NCBI GenBank assembly: GCA_963848295.1
Contig: CAWKDB010000011.1
Span: forward strand, 224,001 to 288,000
Direction: 5' to 3'
Length of the DNA stretch: 64,000 nt
Source: an uncultured delta proteobacterium
GTDB lineage: Bacteria; Myxococcota_A; Polyangia; Haliangiales; Haliangiaceae
Under the pieces are notes generated by a model, which did no database searches, was not told the DNA's origin, and worked only from the letters and a program-made list of their open reading frames with translations. A program made the translations under genes and the position numbers. Positions within the stretch are counted from its first letter, which is position 1, and every line of letters starts with the position of its first letter. Positions 57,575 through 64,000 of the stretch are shown here, piece by piece.

Positions 57575-59323
57575 ATGCTGACGACCCCTCGGTGCGCGGC
57601 TCGATTCGCGATCGCGCTCGCGGCGTGCGGCGGGAGTCGAGTGCCACCGCCAACTCCCGCATCCGCGGTCGTGCCGCGCACCGCGAAGCCTCCGCTCGGC
57701 CCGGACGCGCACGAGCCCGAGCTCTATCCGCCCGCGTGGAAGACCGTCGGCGTCGGCCAGACCATCAGCTTCTCGACGTCGGTGATCGATCAGGACCTCG
57801 ACGTCACCTCCGCGACGCTCGCGAAGCATCCGGCCTCGGCGACGTTCGATCCGATCACGCAGACCGTGACGTGGACGCCGACCGCCGCGGATCGACCCGC
57901 CGCGTCGTTCACCGTCGCGATCGCGCAACCGGAGCGCGGCAAGACGCTCGAGCGCACGTTCTCGATCGCGGTCGCCGCGACGCCGCAGCCGGCGCCGACC
58001 GCGCCGGTACAGAGCCCGTTGATCGAGACGCTGCTGCTGATCCGCCAGCCCGAGCGACTCGCGCAGGTCAACCACGACTGGCCGATCGATCGCCTGCTCG
58101 AGGTCGGCGCCGCGACGTTCGCGCTGCAGTTCCCCGACGCGAAGCGCAAGCTGCTGCGGACCACGCTCGACGGCGCGACCGCATACAAGCAGATGCTGAC
58201 TGGGCTCGCCCAGGTCCAGCGCAACCCGCGGCTCGATCCGGCATCACCGCAGTTCGACCGCGCCGCGTTCGGCGATGCGAAGAGCTGGAAGATCGTCGCG
58301 TTCCGGCCGCGCATCGACAAGCAGTGGTCCGAGCTGCGCGTCGTGTATCGCGCGATGAACGCGCCCGAGCCGGTGTTCGCGATGTTCCGGCTCCGCCCGG
58401 TCGTCGAATACGTGCCCGCGCTGCCGCGCCCCGGCGACGAGCTCGACGCGGACAACCAGGTGTTCCTCGCGATGGTCGCGAAGCGCTTGATGAAGGCGGG
58501 CGGCCCGAATCCGGCGTTCGACGAGGACATCGCCGGCCACGCCGCGGCGGTGTCGAGGTTGCTGACCGACGTCATGACCTACGACGCGACGACGACCGCG
58601 AAGTATCGCCACGGCTTCCTGATCGGTCTCGCGATGGAAGCGCGGATGGGCGGCGGCTCGGTGCGCGACGCGGCCGGGCACTACGTGTCGGGCGACGGCT
58701 GGGGATGGAGCGCGATGAAGCCGTTCCAGACCGCCGACGGTACCGGCCAGGCCTACGTCAACATCGCGATTCCCGGGTTCTGGACCGACCTCGTCCCGGG
58801 CAAGGCACGCACACACGATCTGCCGTGGCAGCCGAGATGCGCGCCCCGGTTCGACGTGAACAGTCCGGATCACGTCCCGGGCTACGACGCCCTGTGCCGC
58901 AAGACGATGGGCCTCGTCGATCTTCCCGAGCTGGTCAACGGCAAGATCGCGAACGGCAAGCTCGACGCGACGAACCTCTACGTCCGGCACAAGCAGACGT
59001 TCATGGTCGACCACCTCCCGCTCGCCGACGGTCGCCGCGATGTCGGCGAAGAGAACGGCATGACGTGCTCGCAGTGCCACATTCGCAACTTCGGCATGCA
59101 CGACTGGCGGGATCCGGCGACCAACGATCCCGACGCCGGCACGCCGAAGGCGCTGAACCACGCGCTGCCGACCGTCGACTTCCAGATCATTCCAACCACG
59201 ACCTGGGAGCCGTTCACGCTCGAGTTCCTCGACTACCAGGAGTGTCGCGCGAAGATGATGCTCGAGCTGTACCTGGGTGCCGACGCCGCGAGGCACCTGA
59301 CCTGCCCGCTCGCCAACCGATGA
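57575..59323 (+). CDS. Lipoprotein with N-terminal Ig-like domain and single CxxCH heme motif
   Basis: Lipobox LAAC; ATFDP.T.T.TWTP Ig-like motif; CSQCH at 59066-59080. Confidence 0.7.
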   Translation: MLTTPRCAARFAIALAACGGSRVPPPTPASAVVPRTAKPPLGPDAHEPELYPPAWKTVGVGQTISFSTSVIDQDLDVTSATLAKHPASATFDPITQTVTWTPTAADRPAASFTVAIAQPERGKTLERTFSIAVAATPQPAPTAPVQSPLIETLLLIRQPERLAQVNHDWPIDRLLEVGAATFALQFPDAKRKLLRTTLDGATAYKQMLTGLAQVQRNPRLDPASPQFDRAAFGDAKSWKIVAFRPRIDKQWSELRVVYRAMNAPEPVFAMFRLRPVVEYVPALPRPGDELDADNQVFLAMVAKRLMKAGGPNPAFDEDIAGHAAAVSRLLTDVMTYDATTTAKYRHGFLIGLAMEARMGGGSVRDAAGHYVSGDGWGWSAMKPFQTADGTGQAYVNIAIPGFWTDLVPGKARTHDLPWQPRCAPRFDVNSPDHVPGYDALCRKTMGLVDLPELVNGKIANGKLDATNLYVRHKQTFMVDHLPLADGRRDVGEENGMTCSQCHIRNFGMHDWRDPATNDPDAGTPKALNHALPTVDFQIIPTTTWEPFTLEFLDYQECRAKMMLELYLGADAARHLTCPLANR

Positions 59324-60510
59324 CCAAGCTCCCGGTCCTCAAGGCGGCGGGCCCGCGCGGGGGCGCGACGGCGTTCACCGATAGCGGCGCGGCTCCTCGC
59401 TGGGTCACGGCCGCGCGGATCGTGATGCTGGTCGCGTTCGGGGCGACGATCCCCGCGGTGCTCGGGCTGCGGCACGGCAATCGGGCGGTGTGGACCGTCG
59501 CGCTCGCCGCGCTGCCGATGTTCTGGACGGTCACCGGCTATCACGTGTGGCGGCGGATCTGCCCGCTCGCCGTCGTGGGACAGACCGGTCGGCTGCTCGG
59601 CCGCCCCGGTACGCGGAAGGTCGGCGAGTGGCTCGCGGCGAACTACTTGGTCGTCCAGCTCGGGTTCATGATCGCGTGTCTCACGCTGCGGCTCGTCGCG
59701 ACCAACGGCGGCGACCGCTGGCTCGCCGGATTCCTCGGCGGGATCGCGGGGTGCGCGCTCGTCACGTCGTTCATCTACGGCGGCAAGACCTGGTGCAACT
59801 TCCTGTGCCCGATCGGCATGGTCGAGAAGATCCACACCGAGCCGGCGCGCTCGGCGATAGGTGCCGACTCGCTGACCTCGCAGTGCATGCCGTGCGTCGC
59901 GTGCAAGAAACACTGCCCGGACATCGATCTCGAGCAGGGCTACTGGAAGGAAGCCGGCGACGGGTCGCGCCGGATCGCGTACTTCGCGTGGCCGGGCGTC
60001 GTCGTCGGGTTCTACCTCTACTTCTATCTCGTCAGCGGCGGCTGGGACTACTACTTCTCCGGCGCGTGGGCGTACGAGCGCGCGCTGCCGCTCGCGACCG
60101 GAGCGGGCTGGTGGTTCGCGACCGCGGTGCCGCGCATCGTCGCCGCGCCGGTGACGCTGGTCGCGTTCGGCGGCGCGAGCTTCGCGCTGTTCGCCGCGAT
60201 CGAGGCGATGGCGCGTTCGGCGTGGCGCCGCGGCCATCCCGGTGTGACCGACGACGCGCAGGCGCGAGCCCGGATCCGGCACGTCCTGCTGGCGGTCGCC
60301 GGCTTCGTCGCGTTCGACGCGTTCTATTTGTTCGCGGGCCGGCCCACGTTGCGCGAGCTACCGCCGTGGCTCGTCGCGGGCTGGAACATCGCGGTGGTCG
60401 TCGCGTCGATCGCGATGCTGCTCCGCCGCATCGGTGGGCGCGAGCAGCTACGGCCGCTAGGGATTCGGCGTGCCCGGGCGGATCTTCGAAGCGCTCATCC
60501 GCTTCGATGA
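59320..60510 (+). CDS. Polytopic 4Fe-4S-binding membrane protein (NapH/FixG-like)
   Basis: WRRICP, WCNFLCP, CMPCVACKKHCP, multiple TM helices; ATGA overlap with the upstream gene. Confidence 0.8.
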   Translation: MTKLPVLKAAGPRGGATAFTDSGAAPRWVTAARIVMLVAFGATIPAVLGLRHGNRAVWTVALAALPMFWTVTGYHVWRRICPLAVVGQTGRLLGRPGTRKVGEWLAANYLVVQLGFMIACLTLRLVATNGGDRWLAGFLGGIAGCALVTSFIYGGKTWCNFLCPIGMVEKIHTEPARSAIGADSLTSQCMPCVACKKHCPDIDLEQGYWKEAGDGSRRIAYFAWPGVVVGFYLYFYLVSGGWDYYFSGAWAYERALPLATGAGWWFATAVPRIVAAPVTLVAFGGASFALFAAIEAMARSAWRRGHPGVTDDAQARARIRHVLLAVAGFVAFDAFYLFAGRPTLRELPPWLVAGWNIAVVVASIAMLLRRIGGREQLRPLGIRRARADLRSAHPLR

Positions 60511-62187
60511 GGCCGCCGGGTCGTACGGGTCGAGCTCGACCACGAATCGCGCGCCGGGCCGAGCATCCTCGACCCACACGCGACCGCCCATCGCCTCGAC
60601 CTGGCTCCTCACGATCGCGAGGCCGAGGCCGGAGCCGCCGCGATCGCGACTGCGCCCGGCGTCGAGCCGATAGAACCGCTCGAACACCCGCTCCTCGTGG
60701 CCGCGCGGGATCCCCGGACCGCGGTCGCTGATCGCGAGCCGGATCTTCTTGCCGTCGCGCACCGCACTCACGCCGACCGGGGTGTCGCCGCCGTACTTGA
60801 CCGCGTTGTCGATCAGGTTCTGGACGACGTGATCGAGCCCATCGCGCGTGCCGAGCACCTCGAGCGCGGGCGCGACATCGATCGAGATCTGCGCGCTCGG
60901 GGTGACGCCCTTCGCGGTCCGCACCGCGTCCTGCACGACCTCGACGAGCGCGATCGCGACGCGATCGCCGACGACCGCCTCGCGACCGCCGAGTTGTTCG
61001 AGCACGAGCAGATCCGAGACCAGGCCGGCGATGCGCTGCGCGTTGCGGTGGATCGTCTGCAAGAACTCGCGCGACGTATCGCTGTCGACGCCGGCGCCGA
61101 GCAGCGTCTCGGCGTAGCCCGAGATCGAGGTGACCGGCGTGCGCAGCTCGTGCGCGGCGTTCGACAGGAAACCCTGGCGCACTGCCTCGGCAGCGCGCAG
61201 CGCGGTGACGTCGTAGAGCACGACGATGACCGCTCCGGCTTGCAACGGACGAGCCGCCGCGCGCACGGTGCGGCCGACGAGCTCGAGCTCGTCGTCGGCT
61301 TGCTCGCCCTTTTCGGCGCGCGCGACGAGCTTCGCGAGCGGCGCTGGCAACGGCCCTTCGCCGACGAGCGGCTGCGCGGCTTCGTTGACGAGCGTCAAGG
61401 CACCACCGGGCGCGACCACGACCACGCCCTCGACCAGAGCTCCGACCACGACCGATTGCAAGTCGCGCTGCTCGGTGAGCTCGGCGATCCGCGCTTTGAT
61501 CTCGCCAGCCATCTGCATCATCGCGCGCGCGAGCACGCCGAAGTCGCCGCCGGCGGCGAGCGCCGCGGTCGGCGGTGGCGCATCGAACTGGCCCGCCGCG
61601 AGTCGCTCGGCGGTCAGCGTCACCGAGCGAATCGGCCGCGTGATCGCGCGAACGAACACCCACGATAACAACAGCGAGCCGACGAACCCGACGCCAAAGC
61701 CGACGAGCAAGCGCGCCCGCATCCGCGCGCGGGCCTCGGCGATGTCCCCGATCGGGACCGCGAGCCGGACCACCGCGCCCGCTCCGGCCGGGACCGCGAG
61801 CAGGTACTGCGGCGGCTCGTCGGGCGTCAGCGAGCGCTGCGCGCGTCCGGTCGCGCCGGTCCGCGCCTGGGCGACCTCTTCGGCGTCGCCGATCGGTCTG
61901 CCGACCGCACCGCGATCGGCCGAGTCCCCGGTGATCATCCCGTCGGCGCCGACGATCGTGATCCGGGTCCCCGTGACATCGGCGAGCTCCTGCGCGAGCT
62001 GCGCCGGGTTGCCCTCTTTCGCGAGCCACTCGGCGACCGCGCGGCCTTGCTTCGCGAGCCGCGTGTCGAGGCCGGCGACGAGGTCGCCGGCGAGCGTGCG
62101 CTCGATCCCGAAGAGCGTCGCCGTTCCGCCGAGCACGACCGCCACGAAGAACGTGACGAGCAGCCGATAGCGGAGGGTCTTACGCAT
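60457..62187 (-). CDS. Sensor histidine kinase, PhoR-like
   Basis: Two TM helices, HAMP, PAS-like, HELRTPV, NLIDNAVKY, FERFYR, GSGLGL. Confidence 0.9.
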   Translation of the reverse strand: MRKTLRYRLLVTFFVAVVLGGTATLFGIERTLAGDLVAGLDTRLAKQGRAVAEWLAKEGNPAQLAQELADVTGTRITIVGADGMITGDSADRGAVGRPIGDAEEVAQARTGATGRAQRSLTPDEPPQYLLAVPAGAGAVVRLAVPIGDIAEARARMRARLLVGFGVGFVGSLLLSWVFVRAITRPIRSVTLTAERLAAGQFDAPPPTAALAAGGDFGVLARAMMQMAGEIKARIAELTEQRDLQSVVVGALVEGVVVVAPGGALTLVNEAAQPLVGEGPLPAPLAKLVARAEKGEQADDELELVGRTVRAAARPLQAGAVIVVLYDVTALRAAEAVRQGFLSNAAHELRTPVTSISGYAETLLGAGVDSDTSREFLQTIHRNAQRIAGLVSDLLVLEQLGGREAVVGDRVAIALVEVVQDAVRTAKGVTPSAQISIDVAPALEVLGTRDGLDHVVQNLIDNAVKYGGDTPVGVSAVRDGKKIRLAISDRGPGIPRGHEERVFERFYRLDAGRSRDRGGSGLGLAIVRSQVEAMGGRVWVEDARPGARFVVELDPYDPAASSKRMSASKIRPGTPNP

Positions 62188-62884
62188 CGCGCCGAGCGCG
62201 ATAGCCAAACCCGTGCACCGTCTCGATCACTTCGGACGCGGTGCCGAGGCTGACGCGCAGCCGGCGCACGTGGACATCGACCGTCCGCGTGTTGATGTCG
62301 CCGCGCATCTCCCACACCTGCTCGAGCAGCTCCTCGCGCGAGAACACGCGGCCGGGATCGCCGACGAGCAACTGCAACAGCTTGTACTCGAGCGGGCGCA
62401 GCTGGGTCGGCGCACCGTCGATCTTGACGTCGTGGGTGACCGGATCGAGCTCGATCGGACCGACCTTGAGCAGACCCGTGGCGTCGCTCGACGTCGGCCG
62501 CGCCTTGCGCTCGGCGATGCGATTCGCGAGCGCGGTCACGCGCAACACGACCTCGCGCACGTTGAACGGCTTGACGACGTAGTCGTCGGCGCCGACCTCG
62601 AGGCCCAGGATCCGATCCTCGGCCTCGCCCTTCGCGGTCAGCATCAGCACGCCGACGTCATTGAGCTTCGCGTCGCCGCGGATCTCCTTGCACACGTCGT
62701 AGCCAGACGCGTCGGGCAACATCAGGTCGAGCACGACGACGTCCGGGATCTGCGCGCGAGCGGCCGCGAGCCCTTCGGCGCCGGTGCCGGCGGATACGAC
62801 GGTGAAGCCCGCGCTTTGCAGGTTGAACTCCACCAATCGAGCGACATCGCGCTCGTCCTCGATGATCACCACCCGGCGTTCCAT
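62180..62884 (-). CDS. OmpR/PhoB-family response regulator
   Basis: VLDLMLP, MLTAK, GADDYVVKPF, RTVDVHVRRLR, TVHGFGY. Confidence 0.92.
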   Translation of the reverse strand: MERRVVIIEDERDVARLVEFNLQSAGFTVVSAGTGAEGLAAARAQIPDVVVLDLMLPDASGYDVCKEIRGDAKLNDVGVLMLTAKGEAEDRILGLEVGADDYVVKPFNVREVVLRVTALANRIAERKARPTSSDATGLLKVGPIELDPVTHDVKIDGAPTQLRPLEYKLLQLLVGDPGRVFSREELLEQVWEMRGDINTRTVDVHVRRLRVSLGTASEVIETVHGFGYRARRDA

Positions 62885-62914
62885 CCCTAGGTTATACATC
62901 GTAGGCTCGGCCGC

Positions 62915-63643
62915 GTGCGTGGCTCTGCGGCCTTCGTCCTGTTCGCGGCCTGCTCGTCACACGCGGACCGCCACACCGTCCGGGTCGCGGCGGCGGCGGA
63001 TCTGGCGCAGGCGCTGCCCGCGGTCGCTCGCGCGTTCACCCAGAAGACCGGGATCACTCCACTGTTCGACTTCCAGTCGAGCGGCGTGCTCGCGAAGCAG
63101 ATCGAGGCCGGCGCGCCGTACGCGCTGTTCGCCGCGGCGAGCCGGACGTACGTCGATCAGGTGATCGCGAGCGGCAAGTGCGATGCCTCGACCGCGCAAT
63201 CGTACTCGCGCGGCACGCTCGTCGTGTGGACGAAGTCGGGGCCGGCTCCCACGCTCGCCGACCTCGCCGACGATCGATTCAAGCGCATCGCGATCGCGAA
63301 CCCGGATCACGCGCCGTATGGCCACGCCGCGGTGCAGGCGCTGAAGAAGGCGAACCTCTACGATCGCGTCCACGAGCGGCTCGTGATCGCGGAGAACGTG
63401 CAGACCGCGATGACGTTCGCGCAGCAAGGCAGCGCCGATGTCGCGATCGTCGCGCTCGCGCTCGCGATCGGCGATGGCAGCGGCGGCTATACGGTCGTCG
63501 ATCCCGCGCTGTATCCGCCGCTCGATCAGGCGCTCGTCGTGTGCGGCACCGGCGCCGACGCGGCGGCCGGCCTCCAGCTCGCGCAGTACATCGAGTCCGC
63601 GGAAGGCAAGGCGATCCTCGCGCGCTACGGGTTCACGCCATGA
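62915..63643 (+). CDS. modA: Molybdate ABC transporter substrate-binding protein
   Basis: VAAAADL, SSG.LA.QI..GAP, IAIANP.HAPYG, ENV; lipobox FAAC. Confidence 0.88.
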   Translation: MRGSAAFVLFAACSSHADRHTVRVAAAADLAQALPAVARAFTQKTGITPLFDFQSSGVLAKQIEAGAPYALFAAASRTYVDQVIASGKCDASTAQSYSRGTLVVWTKSGPAPTLADLADDRFKRIAIANPDHAPYGHAAVQALKKANLYDRVHERLVIAENVQTAMTFAQQGSADVAIVALALAIGDGSGGYTVVDPALYPPLDQALVVCGTGADAAAGLQLAQYIESAEGKAILARYGFTP

Positions 63644-64000
63644 GGCCCGAGACGCTCGCGATCAAGACCGGCCACGCGGCGAACGCGGTGGTGCCGAACA
63701 TCGAGCTCGCGACGACGTATCCGCGCGACGCCAGCTACGCGCTGCCCGATGGCCGCGACTACATCCGCGACAAGGCCGCGACTCCGATGTACGCGGAACA
63801 AGTATTGGTCGCGCTCGAGCGCGGCGCGGCGGCGATGGTGTTCGCGTCGGGGATGGCGGCGGCGACCGCGGCGATTCGCGCGACGTGCAAGCCCGGCGAT
63901 CACGTCGTATTCCCGCGTGCCGGCTACTACGCGCTGCGCGAGTGGCTGCGCAAGTTCGCGGCGCGCTGGCAGCTCAGCGTCGACTTCACCGCCGAGCCGA
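63640..64000 (+). CDS. Cys/Met metabolism PLP enzyme (cystathionine gamma-synthase/lyase family), 3' truncated
   Basis: Not in the ORF track. Translates MRPETLAI...LATTY...Y.R...LE.G..AMVFASGMAA...PGDHVV; ATGA overlap with modA. Confidence 0.88.
   Translation, partial: MRPETLAIKTGHAANAVVPNIELATTYPRDASYALPDGRDYIRDKAATPMYAEQVLVALERGAAAMVFASGMAAATAAIRATCKPGDHVVFPRAGYYALREWLRKFAARWQLSVDFTAEP

Noticed and set aside
57571..59319. N-terminal half of the 979-aa ORF 57571-60510
   Set aside because: Off-frame read-through of the lipoprotein gene; the real protein starts at ATG 59320.

Overview
High-GC bacterial chromosomal DNA with about 52 tightly packed genes. The gene content points to Myxococcota, possibly Kofleriaceae/Haliangiales-like (inferred): tandem myxobacterial OM beta-barrels, an FHA-GGDEF cyclase, a Ser/Thr kinase-TPR-RCC1 module and many lipoproteins. 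Recognisable genes are smc, ftsY, gltA, tkt, apaG, ppx/gppA, modABC (split across two sites), a PhoB/PhoR-like pair, TamB/TamA-like proteins, a MoxR-DUF58 cluster and a MacB-type ABC exporter. I saw no tRNA, rRNA, CRISPR array, transposase or prophage. The most unusual signal is a ~50-60 bp double-hairpin, REP-like DNA element inserted in-frame in unrelated protein genes, in different orientations and frames, where it adds peptide inserts (10705-10765, 34303-34363, 31320-31370, probably 7287-7327 in SMC). This resembles Rickettsia palindromic elements. Other notable items: two ~56-bp CACGTG-rich palindromes bracketing ppx; an unannotated 45-aa basic Thx/mS38-like ORF; a cytochrome c lipoprotein paired with a membrane polyferredoxin; a probable pseudo-aspartyl-protease lipoprotein; and widespread leaderless promoter architecture. 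The frameshifts in gltA (1) and tkt (~11, all single-base insertions) look like sequencing or consensus errors.
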